Below, in pieces: positions 10,492 through 21,631 of a DNA stretch of 64,000 nucleotides (its first letter is position 1; the number at the start of each line of letters is the position of its first letter). Origin of the DNA: Candidatus Aenigmatarchaeota archaeon. GTDB lineage: Archaea > Aenigmatarchaeota > Aenigmatarchaeia > CG10238-14 > SpSt-28. Position numbers and translations under genes: made by a program. The stretch lies in NCBI GenBank assembly GCA_038997165.1, contig JAWBAK010000001.1, positions 338,337-402,336 on the forward strand. Direction: 5' to 3'. The notes beneath the pieces are model-generated. The model had not been told where the DNA came from. It did not search any database and saw only the letters and a program-made list of their open reading frames with translations.

Positions 10492-11327
10492 GATTATCAA
10501 ACTTTAATGGCTATTTTTATCCATTTTTAAAAGAGGAAATCGAAAAATTTATAAAGGAAAATGAAAAAGAAATTAATGAAATAGATGAAGAAATATTATT
10601 AGCTATAGTTCCTCATGCAGGTTGGAATTATAGTGGAAAATGTGCATTACATGTATATAAAAATTTGAGAAAAGTTGAAAATGTTATAATAATTGCTACT
10701 AATCATTCTTCTATAGGTAAAGTTATTTTAAGCTTGGAAGATATTAAAACTCCTTTAGGTTTAATTAGAATAAATAAAGAATTTATTAAGAAAATTCTAA
10801 ATAAAATAGATTTTAGTGAAATAGATGAAAATATTCATGAAAATGAGCATTCGATTGAAGTTCAATTACCTTTTCTTCAATACTATTTAAAAAAATTTAA
10901 ATTAGTTCCTATATTAGTTTCTAATTTAGATAAAGATGAAATAGAATTATTTACAAATTTTTTGATAGAAAATATCGATTTAAAAAATTCTGTAATTATT
11001 TTTAGTGGGGATATGATACATCATGGCAAAATTTATAATTTTGAAATTTTTAAAACTAATAAAAAAGAAAATGTAAAAAATGCAGATATGGAAATTATTA
11101 ACTCTATATTAGAAAAAAATATTGAAAAATTTAGAGAACTCACTAAAAAATATTATACTATTTGCGGCTATTACGTTTTTCAAATTTTTATAGAAATTTC
11201 TAAAAAACTAAATTTAAATAATAAACTTCTTTGCTATTATAATTCTGCAGATATAACTAATGATGAAGATATTATTGTTGGATATTCTTCAATAATAAGC
11301 TATCATCCAAATTTTACAACTTTATAA
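10488..11327 (+). CDS. MEMO1 family protein (AmmeMemoRadiSam protein B)
   Basis: PHAGWNYSG, EHSIEVQLPFLQ, TICG. Confidence 0.9.
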   Translation: MRLSNFNGYFYPFLKEEIEKFIKENEKEINEIDEEILLAIVPHAGWNYSGKCALHVYKNLRKVENVIIIATNHSSIGKVILSLEDIKTPLGLIRINKEFIKKILNKIDFSEIDENIHENEHSIEVQLPFLQYYLKKFKLVPILVSNLDKDEIELFTNFLIENIDLKNSVIIFSGDMIHHGKIYNFEIFKTNKKENVKNADMEIINSILEKNIEKFRELTKKYYTICGYYVFQIFIEISKKLNLNNKLLCYYNSADITNDEDIIVGYSSIISYHPNFTTL

Positions 11328-12397
11328 TCTTTATTTTCAATTTCTTTAATAGCTATAGGATAATCGATTTGAGAAATTTGAGATTTGCCTATTATTGGTA
11401 ATTTATAATTACAATAGACACATCTACTTCTTTTTAAATTAACCTCTTCTACTCTAAATCCATATCTTTTAACTACTATTTTTTTGCAGTGCGGACAATA
11501 AGTATTTTCTAATTTATGACCTAAAACATTTCCTATATAAACAAAATTTATTCCTTCTTCAAATGCTATTTCTGAGTGTTTTTCTAATGTTTCTAAAGGA
11601 GTTGAAGGAAAATCTAGCATTTTATAAGTTGGAAAAAACCTTAAAAAATGAATAATTGATTTTTCTCCCATTAAATCATAAATTTTTTTACAAAGTTTTC
11701 TACAATCTTCTAAATCATCTCCTACTTTTGGAATTATTAAATCTGTAATTTCTAAATGAATTTTTTTCTTAGAAAATTCTTCTAAAGTATTAAATACTGC
11801 TTCGTAAGATGGAATAGATATATAATTTCTTGCAAATTCATTATTTCCATTTCCTTTAAAATCAATTGTTATCGCATCTGCAAATTTTGAGAAAAAGTCA
11901 ATAGATTCATCGCTTAAATATCCATTAGTTATAAAAATTATTTTTATTTTTTCTTTTTTTGCAATTTTTGCAACATCGTAAATAAATTCTGCATATATTG
12001 TTGGCTCATTATAAGTAAAACATATAGAGCTAATATTATATAATTTTCTATATTTTTTTACAATTTCAACTATTTCATCTGGTAAAAATTCAAAACCTTC
12101 TATTTTTCTTCTTTGAGAAATATCATAATTACAACAATATTTACAAGCCCAATTGCAACCAAAAGTTCCAAAACTTAAAGCTATAGAACCAATATAAAAA
12201 TGAAAAAAAGGTTTTTTCTCTATTGGATCTAAATTTGCTGAACAAAATAATCCATAATTTGCTAAGTAAAGTTTATTATCTTTATTAATTCTTACTCCAC
12301 AAAAACCAATTTGATTTGGTAATAATTTACAATATCTAGCACAAGCTGTGCAAATAACTCTATTTTTTTCTATTTTATAAAGAATTGCTTCTTTCAT
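11303..12397 (-). CDS. AmmeMemoRadiSam radical SAM enzyme
   Basis: DPIEKKPFFHF, GCNWACKYC, FTYNEP. Confidence 0.9.
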   Translation of the reverse strand: MKEAILYKIEKNRVICTACARYCKLLPNQIGFCGVRINKDNKLYLANYGLFCSANLDPIEKKPFFHFYIGSIALSFGTFGCNWACKYCCNYDISQRRKIEGFEFLPDEIVEIVKKYRKLYNISSICFTYNEPTIYAEFIYDVAKIAKKEKIKIIFITNGYLSDESIDFFSKFADAITIDFKGNGNNEFARNYISIPSYEAVFNTLEEFSKKKIHLEITDLIIPKVGDDLEDCRKLCKKIYDLMGEKSIIHFLRFFPTYKMLDFPSTPLETLEKHSEIAFEEGINFVYIGNVLGHKLENTYCPHCKKIVVKRYGFRVEEVNLKRSRCVYCNYKLPIIGKSQISQIDYPIAIKEIENKDYKVVKFG

Positions 12398-12423
12398 AAA
12401 TAAATTTTTTACTACAGAAAATT

Positions 12424-12663
12424 ATGACTAAAAAAGAGGTAATAAAAGAGGTTTTTATTCCTAAATGGTTGGCTTGGTTTAATTTGGTTTTGATGATATT
12501 AATTACAGTTTTTATTCTATATATTAATTCTGTTGTTCCAGAAAATGAGAAAATACCAACACTAGGTTTAGTAATGATAATTTTGATTTTTATAATTGTT
12601 ATTGTTATTGTATTTTTATCGGCATATAAAAAATTGCCTATCTATTATTTAAGGGAAAGATAA
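12424..12663 (+). CDS. Small 2-TM hypothetical protein
   Basis: Two hydrophobic helices; heads a co-oriented gene run. Confidence 0.6.
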   Translation: MTKKEVIKEVFIPKWLAWFNLVLMILITVFILYINSVVPENEKIPTLGLVMIILIFIIVIVIVFLSAYKKLPIYYLRER

Positions 12664-12666
12664 TTA

Positions 12667-13185
12667 ATGGAAGTTTTTATTTTAAGATTGTTTCATAGAA
12701 AAAAGAGAGATAAAAGAGTTACAACACATTGTGCATTAGTAGCTAGAGCTTTTTTAGCAAAAAAAATGTTTTATTGTGGTGATGAAGATAAAGAGTTTGA
12801 AAATAAAATAAGAGATGTTAATAATAGATTTGGTGGAAATTTTGAAGTAGAATATATTAAGAATTGGAAAAAATTTTTAAAAGAATTTGATGCAATAAAA
12901 GTTCATTTAACTATGTATGGAATTCCTTTATTAGAAAAATTAGAAGAAATAAAAAAACATAAAAAAATATTAGTAATAATTGGTTCGGAAAAAGTTCCTA
13001 AAGAAGTTTATGAATTAGCGGATTACAATATTTCAATAACAAATCAGCCCCATTCAGAAATAGCTGCTTTAGCAATTTTTTTAGATAAAATTTTTGAAAG
13101 TAAAGAATTTTATACAGAATTTGAAAATGCTAAAATAAAAATAATTCCTAGCGAAAAAGATAAAAAGATTTTAAAGATTAATTAA
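12667..13185 (+). CDS. trm56: tRNA (cytidine56-2'-O)-methyltransferase
   Basis: RDKRVTTHCALVARA, HLTMYG, NQPHSEIAALA. Confidence 0.95.
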   Translation: MEVFILRLFHRKKRDKRVTTHCALVARAFLAKKMFYCGDEDKEFENKIRDVNNRFGGNFEVEYIKNWKKFLKEFDAIKVHLTMYGIPLLEKLEEIKKHKKILVIIGSEKVPKEVYELADYNISITNQPHSEIAALAIFLDKIFESKEFYTEFENAKIKIIPSEKDKKILKIN

Positions 13186-13196
13186 AGTAAATAAAT

Positions 13197-13700
13197 ATGG
13201 CAGTAGGACTTTTTGTTGCAAGGTTTCAACCTTTACATAAAGGGCATGAAAGAGCTATAAAGAAAGCTTTGAAGCTATATGAAAAAGTAATAGTAGTAAT
13301 AGGAAGTGCAAATAAAAGTAGAGAAGAGAAAAATCCATTTACAGCAGAAGAAAGAAAATTAATGTTAGAAGCAGTATTTTCTAAGGAAATTAATGAGGGA
13401 AAAATTGAAGTATTGGCAATAGAAGATAAAGAGAGTGATGAAGAATGGGCAAATGAAATAATAAATAGGGTTAATTTTGATGAAGTTTATACTGCTAGCG
13501 ATTGGGTAGCAAAAGCTTTTGAAGGAAAGAAGAGTGTTAAGAAATTTAAGCCTTTTAAATATGAAACTATTAACGGAACAAATATAAGAAGATTAATAAA
13601 AGAAGGCAATGAAGAATGGAAAAAATATGTAAATAAAAAAGTAGTTGAAATAATTCAAAAAATTGCAGTTAAAGAATTTTTCTCAAAACTTTCTCCTTAA
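13197..13700 (+). CDS. nadM: Nicotinamide-nucleotide adenylyltransferase
   Basis: RFQPLHKGH, NPFTAEER. Confidence 0.85.
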   Translation: MAVGLFVARFQPLHKGHERAIKKALKLYEKVIVVIGSANKSREEKNPFTAEERKLMLEAVFSKEINEGKIEVLAIEDKESDEEWANEIINRVNFDEVYTASDWVAKAFEGKKSVKKFKPFKYETINGTNIRRLIKEGNEEWKKYVNKKVVEIIQKIAVKEFFSKLSP

Positions 13701-13718
13701 TTTTTTTAATTTTTTAAT

Positions 13719-13793
13719 TAGCGGGGGGTGGATTTGAACCACCGACCTCCGGGTTATGAGCCCGGCGGGCACTCCAGGCTGCCCTACCCCGCT
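13719..13793 (-). tRNA. Initiator tRNA-Met (CAT)
   Basis: Cloverleaf; A1:U72 pair; GGG/CCC in the anticodon stem; CAT anticodon. Confidence 0.95.
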
Positions 13794-13848
13794 ATCACTA
13801 TAATTTATTTTATTTTTTGAATGAAATAAATTATTTTCAAAAATATTT

Positions 13849-15267
13849 ATGGAAGAAAGAATAAAAGAAGTAATTAGAGAGGCGTTAAAAATTTCTGTCC
13901 CGTCAAAAGCGGAGTATGAATATATGAATGAAATTAAAGAAAAAGTTTTGCATATTACTCAACAACATGCAAAAATTTATAATGCAGATGTTATGGTTTG
14001 TGGAAGTTTTGCAAAGAATACTTGGTTACCTAAAAAATATGAGATTGATATTTTTATTTTATTTTCTCCTAAATTAGAGAGAGAAAGATTAGAAGAACTT
14101 GGATTAATAATAGGAAAAAGAGTTGCAGAAGAGCTTAATGCTGAATATATTATAGAATATGCAGAACATCCATATGTAAGAATAAAATATAGAGATGTTC
14201 AAATAGATTTAGTTCCTGCATATAAAGTTGAAAAAGCTAGTGAAAAAATAAGTGCTGTTGATAGAACTCCTTTTCATACAAAATATGTTATAGAAAAATT
14301 AAAAAATGTATTGAATGATGAAGTTAGATTGCTAAAAAAATTTATGATTGCTAATGAAATTTATGGAGCCGATGCAAAAACAAATGGATTTAGTGGCTAT
14401 GCTTGTGAACTTTTAATAATTAATTATGGAACTTTTTTAAATACATTAATAGAAGCAGCTAATTGGAAGCCAATAACAATTATTGATATAGAAAATTATT
14501 ATTCTGAAAATGAAAAAGAAATTTTAAAAAAGATTTTTAAAAATCAACCCTTAATAATTATTGATCCTACAGATAAAGATAGAAATGTTGCTGCAGCAGT
14601 TAGTCCATATAATTATTTTAAATTTATTAGTTTAGCAAAGAAATTTTTACAAAATCCTTCAATTTCATTTTTTGAAAAAAAAGAATATAAGATAGTTGAA
14701 GAAGAAGAAATAATAAAATATCAAATTGATAGAAGAACTGAATTAATAATATTAAGATTTATTAGACCAAATATTGTTGACGATATAATTTATCCTCAAA
14801 TGAGAAGATTTGCAAATAGAATTCAAAGTATTTTAGAAAAATATGAGTTTAAAATTTTAAATAAAGATGTTTTTTGTAACGAAAAATTTTGCTATTTAGT
14901 TTTAGAAATGGAAATATCTAAGCTACCAAAAATTGAGAAAAAGAGAGGTCCAATATTTTATGATATTAATAACACAAAAAGATTTTTAGAGAAGTATAAG
15001 AATTACGTAACTTATGTTGAAAACGATAGATGGTATGCAGAAATACCAAGAAAATTCGTTAGAGCTATAGATAAGATTATAGATAGTTTAAGCAAAGATG
15101 AAAAAACTTTAAGAGAAAAAGGCATTCCTAGCTTTGTTGCACAGCAAATTTCTAAAGGTTTTGAAATTACTAATGAAACATCTAAAATATTAACTTTTGT
15201 TAAAGAAGATAATGAATTTGGCAAATTCTTAACTAAATTTTTAAATAAAGAAAAATTAGAGATATGA
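13849..15267 (+). CDS. cca: CCA-adding tRNA nucleotidyltransferase (archaeal class I)
   Basis: GSFAKNTWL, YAEHPY, VDRTPFH, GFSGY; tRNA genes here lack encoded CCA. Confidence 0.95.
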   Translation: MEERIKEVIREALKISVPSKAEYEYMNEIKEKVLHITQQHAKIYNADVMVCGSFAKNTWLPKKYEIDIFILFSPKLERERLEELGLIIGKRVAEELNAEYIIEYAEHPYVRIKYRDVQIDLVPAYKVEKASEKISAVDRTPFHTKYVIEKLKNVLNDEVRLLKKFMIANEIYGADAKTNGFSGYACELLIINYGTFLNTLIEAANWKPITIIDIENYYSENEKEILKKIFKNQPLIIIDPTDKDRNVAAAVSPYNYFKFISLAKKFLQNPSISFFEKKEYKIVEEEEIIKYQIDRRTELIILRFIRPNIVDDIIYPQMRRFANRIQSILEKYEFKILNKDVFCNEKFCYLVLEMEISKLPKIEKKRGPIFYDINNTKRFLEKYKNYVTYVENDRWYAEIPRKFVRAIDKIIDSLSKDEKTLREKGIPSFVAQQISKGFEITNETSKILTFVKEDNEFGKFLTKFLNKEKLEI

Positions 15268-16010
15268 GAGTAATTGCAATTACTAGCGGAAAAGGTGGTG
15301 TTGGAAAAACTTTTTTTTCTGTTAATTTAGCTACAGCATTAACAAAATTAGGCAAAAGCGTAACTTTAATAGATGCTAATTTTACAACTCCAAACACAGC
15401 TTTAATTAGCGGATATTTAACATTTTTTAATACAATTCACGATTTTTTAAGCGAAAGAATTAATGATATTTCTAAAGTAATATATAAAACATCCTATGGT
15501 TTTAAAATAGTTCCAGGAAGTATAGATTTAAATTCTATGATTGATGCAAGAATTGAAAGATTTAATTTATTTTTAGAAAAAATAAAAGATGAATTTATAA
15601 TACTAGATACTGCAGCTGGAATTGGAAGAGAAGCAATTTCTTCTATAATGAATTCGAAAGAAATAATAATTGTTGTTAATCCTGAAATATCTAGTATAAT
15701 AGATGCTAAAAGAGTTATAGAAGTTTGTAATAAGATTGATAAAAAAATTTTAGCATTAGTTGCAAATAAAATTAATAAGAAAGAGGATGTTAAAAAAATT
15801 GAAAAATATTTAAATTTAGAAGTAAACCTAATTTTACCAGAAGATAAAAGAGTTAAAGATTCTATTGAAAAAAGAATTCCATTTATAGAACTTTATCCAT
15901 CTTCCTATATAGCTTCTCAAATTCTAAACTTTGCAAGCTATTTAAGTGGGGAATTATACGAATTTAAACCAAACCTTTTTGAAAGAATTAAATATTCATT
16001 TTACTTATAA
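15264..16010 (+). CDS. MinD/ParA family ATPase
   Basis: SGKGGVGKT; ILDTAAG. Confidence 0.85.
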   Translation: MRVIAITSGKGGVGKTFFSVNLATALTKLGKSVTLIDANFTTPNTALISGYLTFFNTIHDFLSERINDISKVIYKTSYGFKIVPGSIDLNSMIDARIERFNLFLEKIKDEFIILDTAAGIGREAISSIMNSKEIIIVVNPEISSIIDAKRVIEVCNKIDKKILALVANKINKKEDVKKIEKYLNLEVNLILPEDKRVKDSIEKRIPFIELYPSSYIASQILNFASYLSGELYEFKPNLFERIKYSFYL

Positions 16011-16013
16011 TTT

Positions 16014-16550
16014 ATGAATGTTTTTGAAGCAATAGAAAAAAGAAAAAGTATAAGAAAATATAAAAATATAAAAGTTGATTTAAAGTACATAATGGCAATA
16101 TTAGAATATGCAATTTTAGCACCTTCTGCTGGAAATGTACAAGAATGGAGATTTATTATAATTGATGATAATAAAACAAAAGAAAAATTAGCAAAAGCAG
16201 CATATGATCAAGATTTCATTAAAGAAGCACCATATGTAATAGCTGTTTGTGCTGATGAGGAAGAAATTTATAATGCTTATGGAAAGAGAGGAAAAGAAAG
16301 ATATATGTACATGGATTGTTCCTTTGCTGCTGCTAATATACTTTTAGTGGCAGCTGCACTCGATTTAGGAACTTGTGTAGTTGCAGCTTTTGACGATTCA
16401 GAAGTAAGTAAAATTTTAGGTTTACCAGAAAGTATAAAACCGATATTTTTAATACCTATAGGTTATGCGGATGAAGATCCAATAAGACCAGAAAGAAAAT
16501 CTTTAGCTTCATTAGTTTTTTATAATCAATATGGCAAAAAACTTAAATAA
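16014..16550 (+). CDS. Nitroreductase family protein
   Basis: RKSIRKY, APSAGNVQEW. Confidence 0.9.
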   Translation: MNVFEAIEKRKSIRKYKNIKVDLKYIMAILEYAILAPSAGNVQEWRFIIIDDNKTKEKLAKAAYDQDFIKEAPYVIAVCADEEEIYNAYGKRGKERYMYMDCSFAAANILLVAAALDLGTCVVAAFDDSEVSKILGLPESIKPIFLIPIGYADEDPIRPERKSLASLVFYNQYGKKLK

Positions 16551-16571
16551 TTTTAAAAACAATAATTCATA

Positions 16572-17966
16572 ATGAGTAAAAACAAAATTTATTGTAATTT
16601 AACATTTATAAAGTTCTTTTTATTACAAATATTTTTATTTTTTGTCTTTATTCCTACATATTCACAAATTGCTATATCTTCTTTTTCAGATATTTTTATT
16701 AAAAATGTAGAGCTAAATATTCCAACATTTTATAATATAATTGCTGGTCAAAAGGCATCTATACCAATTCAGATAAAGAATTTAGAATCTAAAGAGATTA
16801 AAGTTTTTTTAAACATTTTTCCACCTTATTATGAAGGTATTTCTGCATACTTTGAAAAAAATGAAATAATAGTTAAACCAAATTCTGAAGTAACAACTCA
16901 ATTAATAATTTCTACTCCAATTGATACAAAAGACAAAATAGTGACTTATCAAATTTATGTAAATGTAAATGGAATAGAAAAAATATATAGATTAAATCTT
17001 AATGTTATTGGAATAAAGGGTGAAATAAAAATTGAAAATTTTGGAATAAATAAAATATTGTTTGATCCAGAAGAAGAATTAAAAATTTTTGTAGAATTTA
17101 AAAATACAAAAGATTATTCAACTTCTATAAAAATTAAAACAGAGATACTAAGAGAAAATGAATTAATAGATTTTTATGAGAGACACTTAAATATTTTAAG
17201 ATATTCTTTATCAAATTTTACATTTGAATATAAATTTACTTTTTATCATAAACCTGGAAAATATTTAATTAATATTTATTCTTTTGATGAAAAGGAAAAT
17301 TTAATTTCAAAATTAACGTTTGAAGTAAATCTAAAAGAAATAAGGGACATAAAAAAAGAAGTTATTAAGGAACAATCATTTTGGTTTTATAGAGTAAATT
17401 TATTTATTAAAAATATAGGTAATGTAAAGCAAACATTTACTTTAGAAGAAGAATTTCCATTAATAATAAGACCGTTCGTAGTTTTTGAAAATATAAAGCC
17501 AATAATATTTGATGGTAAAGCTATTTGGAATGTAACTCTAGATCCATTAGAAGAAATTGTTATTTCTTATTCCATTGCTTATTGGATTCCTATTTCTATA
17601 ATTAGTTTATTAATTGCATTAACCTTTTTCTACTTTTTGTTAGGCATTATATTTCCAAAAATATATAAAAGATATGAAAAAAGCGAAGATATTTACAAAA
17701 TTAAAATAATTGTTAAGAATACAACAACTAAAAGAATGAAAAACATAGAAATAACAGATTTTGTTCCTTTGCTATTTACTATTCAAAATTTTGAAACATT
17801 AAAACCTCAAATTAAAAAAACCAAAGAAGGATATAATTTAATTTGGAAAATTAGGGAACTAAGACCAAAAGAAGAAGTAATCATTTCTTATTCTATTAAA
17901 CCTATCATAGAAATTATCGGAGAGTTAAAATTTCCTAAGCCTAAAGTTAAATATGTATTGAGATAA
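16572..17966 (+). CDS. Hypothetical membrane/surface protein with beta-rich domains
   Basis: Signal-like N-terminus, internal TM, Ig-like segments. Confidence 0.6.
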   Translation: MSKNKIYCNLTFIKFFLLQIFLFFVFIPTYSQIAISSFSDIFIKNVELNIPTFYNIIAGQKASIPIQIKNLESKEIKVFLNIFPPYYEGISAYFEKNEIIVKPNSEVTTQLIISTPIDTKDKIVTYQIYVNVNGIEKIYRLNLNVIGIKGEIKIENFGINKILFDPEEELKIFVEFKNTKDYSTSIKIKTEILRENELIDFYERHLNILRYSLSNFTFEYKFTFYHKPGKYLINIYSFDEKENLISKLTFEVNLKEIRDIKKEVIKEQSFWFYRVNLFIKNIGNVKQTFTLEEEFPLIIRPFVVFENIKPIIFDGKAIWNVTLDPLEEIVISYSIAYWIPISIISLLIALTFFYFLLGIIFPKIYKRYEKSEDIYKIKIIVKNTTTKRMKNIEITDFVPLLFTIQNFETLKPQIKKTKEGYNLIWKIRELRPKEEVIISYSIKPIIEIIGELKFPKPKVKYVLR

Positions 17967-17974
17967 TAAATTTT

Positions 17975-19180
17975 ATGCTTGAAAACATATTTTTTGTTTT
18001 AGTAGATGGTTTAAGTGATTTATTAAGGGAAAAAACTCCATTAAGAGAAGCAGCGAAGCCAAATATTTCATCTATTTTATCAAAATCTATAGTTGCAAAA
18101 TTTTGGATATTTAATGAAAAAACTTGGCCAAAAAGTGGATATGCTAGTGTAAGTCAATACGCTAATTTTAGCATCTTAGGTTACGATATAAGAAGATTAT
18201 ATATAAGAAGAGGTGTAGTTGAGGCTATTGGAAGCGATTTAGAATATAAAAACGGATGGCTTGCAATTAGAGTTGATTTTGGTTGTGTTGATAATAATTT
18301 AATTGTTATTGATAGAAGAGTTGGTAGAAATATATATGGTATAGATAAAATTGTTGAAGATTTTAATAAAATTGATTTTAATGTTCCATTTATTTTAAAA
18401 AGAACATATGGTCATAGGGGAGTTTTAATATTAAAAGAAAAGTTAAGTGATGAAATTACAAATAGCGATCCGTTAGAAAATAATAAAAGAGTTAATTTTG
18501 TTTTACCAACATCGAAAAAGAAAAAAGCAAAAGAATCTGCTAAAATTGTTCAAACTTTGTTAGAAAAATTTTATTTTTTTACAAAAAAGCATGAAATAAA
18601 TAAAAAAAGAAAAGAAATGGGATTATTAGAAGTTAACTATTTATTAACGAGAGAAGCAGGTAACAAATTACCAAAAGTACCTAATTTTTTAAAAAAGTAT
18701 AGATTTAGAAATGGAATAGTAATAAGTGAAAATGGTGTTATTAAAGGAAGTTGTAAAATTGCTGGATTTAATTCTTTAACAGTTGAAGAAATGGAGCTAG
18801 AAAATCAGTTTAAATTCATTTTTGAAAAAGCATTAGAATTAAGAAAAAAATATCAAATAATTTATATGCATATTAAAGGTGCAGATGAAGCAGCACACGA
18901 TAAAAATTGTGAAAAGAAAAAAAATATTATCGAAAAAATTGATGAACATATAGGATATTTATTAAATAATGTTAATTTTGAAAATTCTGCATTAATAATT
19001 ACTGGAGATCATATTACTGATTGCATTACAGGAAAACACGAATATGGATTTGTACCAATATTAATATATAGTGAAAAAATAAAAGGAACTAAGGCTAAGA
19101 ATTTTAGCGAAATAGATGCATATAAATCTAAAAAAGAATTTAGGCCAAAAAATTTGTGGAATTTTCTTAAAAAATTATGA
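17975..19180 (+). CDS. apgM: 2,3-BPG-independent phosphoglycerate mutase (archaeal type)
   Basis: LVDGLSD, HIKGADEAAHD, TGDH. Confidence 0.85.
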   Translation: MLENIFFVLVDGLSDLLREKTPLREAAKPNISSILSKSIVAKFWIFNEKTWPKSGYASVSQYANFSILGYDIRRLYIRRGVVEAIGSDLEYKNGWLAIRVDFGCVDNNLIVIDRRVGRNIYGIDKIVEDFNKIDFNVPFILKRTYGHRGVLILKEKLSDEITNSDPLENNKRVNFVLPTSKKKKAKESAKIVQTLLEKFYFFTKKHEINKKRKEMGLLEVNYLLTREAGNKLPKVPNFLKKYRFRNGIVISENGVIKGSCKIAGFNSLTVEEMELENQFKFIFEKALELRKKYQIIYMHIKGADEAAHDKNCEKKKNIIEKIDEHIGYLLNNVNFENSALIITGDHITDCITGKHEYGFVPILIYSEKIKGTKAKNFSEIDAYKSKKEFRPKNLWNFLKKL

Positions 19181-20358
19181 TAGTTAGAGATATAAAAATT
19201 AGAGAAATTTTTTCTCATAATCTAAAGGAAACAATTGAAGTAGAGGTTGAAATTTCTAAAGGAAAAGTAAGAGCTAGTGTTCCTATAGGAACTAGTAGAG
19301 GAATTTATGAAGTTGAATATTTACCAACAAAAGAAGTTATTAAAAATTTTTTGGAAATAAGGGAAAAATTTAGAATGAAGGAATTTAAGAATTTTGAAGA
19401 AGTTGATAATATAATTTTAGAGTATGATAAATCAGAAAAATTAAATAAAATTGGTGGAAATTTAGCTTTGGCAATTTCCTTAGCAATGCTAAAAGCGTTT
19501 GCATTGCACGAAGATTTAGAAGTTTTTGAATATGTAAGTAGCTATTTTAATTTTAAAATAAAAATTCCTAAGCCAGTATGCAATGTAATAGGTGGGGGAA
19601 AACATTTTGGTGGAAGTGATTTTCAGGAATTTTTATTAATTGGAAAGACTTCAAATTTTAAAGAAGAAATAAAAAAAATAATAAATTTATACTTTAAAAT
19701 TGCTGAAAGATTAAAAAAAGAAGATAGATCATTTAATTTTGGAAGAAATTTAGAATCTGCATGGATAACGAATTTATCAACTAAAAGAATTCTAGAAATT
19801 CTTAGAAACTTTTCAAAAGAATATGAACTATATGTAGGAATAGATGTAGCCGCTTCTTCTTTTTATGATGCTTCTAAAAAAATGTATGTATATGAAAAAG
19901 AAGGATTAGAACTAAATAGAATAGAGCAACTAAGCTATTTATATGATTTGATTAAAGAGTATGAAATTTTTTATATTGAAGACCCATTTTATGAAGAAGA
20001 TTTTGTAAGTTTTGCAACATTATTATCTCATTTTCCTCAAAAATTAATTGTTGGAGATGATTTAACAACTACTAATTTAGAAAGATTAAAAAAAGCGAGC
20101 GAATTAAAGTCAATAAATGGAATAATAATTAAACCAAATCAAATAGGCTTAATTACAAAAGTTGCAGAAGTTATAAAATTTGCTAAGAAGAATGATATAA
20201 AAATAATATTTTCTCATAGAAGTGGAGAAACAGAAGATCCAGTAATTTCTCAGCTTGCTGTAGGATTTGGTAGCGAATATATAAAATTAGGAATTGCTGG
20301 AGAGAGAACCATTAAGATAAACGAAATTTTAAGAATAGAAGAAAAAATTTTAGGGTAA
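19177..20358 (+). CDS. eno: Enolase
   Basis: VGDDL, IKPNQIG, SHRSGETED. Confidence 0.95.
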   Translation: MIVRDIKIREIFSHNLKETIEVEVEISKGKVRASVPIGTSRGIYEVEYLPTKEVIKNFLEIREKFRMKEFKNFEEVDNIILEYDKSEKLNKIGGNLALAISLAMLKAFALHEDLEVFEYVSSYFNFKIKIPKPVCNVIGGGKHFGGSDFQEFLLIGKTSNFKEEIKKIINLYFKIAERLKKEDRSFNFGRNLESAWITNLSTKRILEILRNFSKEYELYVGIDVAASSFYDASKKMYVYEKEGLELNRIEQLSYLYDLIKEYEIFYIEDPFYEEDFVSFATLLSHFPQKLIVGDDLTTTNLERLKKASELKSINGIIIKPNQIGLITKVAEVIKFAKKNDIKIIFSHRSGETEDPVISQLAVGFGSEYIKLGIAGERTIKINEILRIEEKILG

Positions 20359-21621
20359 AATAAATAAATTATTTTCATAAGTTGGTACAATTGCTTGTAT
20401 TCCTCTTTCGTTTAATTCTTTTTCAAATTTTTCTAAATTTTCACCATGAACAATAAAAACAATATTTGGATTTACCTTTTCTATAAATTCGAATAATTCA
20501 CTTCTATCTGCATGTGCAGAAAATTCATAAAGTTTATATTTGCTTTTAACTTTTTTATTAAAACCATCCTTTGTAATCAATTTTCCAGTTTCTAATAAAA
20601 TTCTTCCAGTAGTTTTTTCAAGTTGATAACAAGTTAAAAATATTGCATCATTTTCGTTATTATAAATTTTTTTAACATAATATTCGGCTGGACCACCTTC
20701 TAACATTCCAGAACCACAGATAATAATTTTTGGATCTTTTTTCATTATAATTTCTTTTCTTTGTGCTTTTCTTTTAACTTTTTTCGAATTTTTTAAAGCT
20801 TCTAAAAAATATTTTTTTTCATTCAAATAATTTTCAAATTTTTGATATATTTTAGATATTTCTATTACCATACCATCTAAGTAAATATCTACTTCTTTAT
20901 GTATATTATATTTTCCTAAAATTGTCAAAATTTCTTGAGATCTTCCAACAGCTAAAGAAGGAAGTAAAATTGTACCATCTTTATCTAAAACTTCTCTTAT
21001 ATCATTTATAAATTCTTTTTCCAATTTATCTCTTTCTGGTAAATTTTTATACCAATATGTCCCTTCAATTATCAAAATATCTGGATTTTTTTCTGGAAAA
21101 TTGCAACCAAAAGTTAAATTAGTTTTTCTAAGTTTAAAATCACCAGTATATAAAATTCTCTTATTATTTATTTCTAGTTCAATCATAGAAGCTCCTAATA
21201 TATGGCCTGCATCTATAAATTTGAAACTAAAACTTTTCTTTTCAAAAACTTTTTCATAGCTAACATTTCTAAATTTTGAAATAATTTTTGAAATATCGTT
21301 TTCATCGAATGGAAAGTTAATTTTCTTTTTTCTAAGTACTTTAAGGTTATCTCTTAAAAGTATACTTGTAATTTCTTTTGAAGCTCTTAATGCATAAATT
21401 TTTGTTTTATTTTTTGAAAAATAAGTTATATAACCGCTATGATCTAAATGGGAATGAGATAATAAAATGTAATTAACATTTTCAACCTTTAAAGGTGTTT
21501 TTGGTGGATTTTCAAAAACTTTTAGTCCATAATCTAAAAGAATTTTTTCACTATTACTTTCTATTAAAATTCCACTATTTCCGATTTCGTTTAGTGCGCC
21601 TAAAAATTTAATCTTTATCAT
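20350..21621 (-). CDS. MBL-fold beta-CASP ribonuclease
   Basis: SHSHLDH, AGHILG, YTGD, FSAHAD, VHGE. Confidence 0.9.
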   Translation of the reverse strand: MIKIKFLGALNEIGNSGILIESNSEKILLDYGLKVFENPPKTPLKVENVNYILLSHSHLDHSGYITYFSKNKTKIYALRASKEITSILLRDNLKVLRKKKINFPFDENDISKIISKFRNVSYEKVFEKKSFSFKFIDAGHILGASMIELEINNKRILYTGDFKLRKTNLTFGCNFPEKNPDILIIEGTYWYKNLPERDKLEKEFINDIREVLDKDGTILLPSLAVGRSQEILTILGKYNIHKEVDIYLDGMVIEISKIYQKFENYLNEKKYFLEALKNSKKVKRKAQRKEIIMKKDPKIIICGSGMLEGGPAEYYVKKIYNNENDAIFLTCYQLEKTTGRILLETGKLITKDGFNKKVKSKYKLYEFSAHADRSELFEFIEKVNPNIVFIVHGENLEKFEKELNERGIQAIVPTYENNLFILP

Positions 21622-21631
21622 TTAATAATTT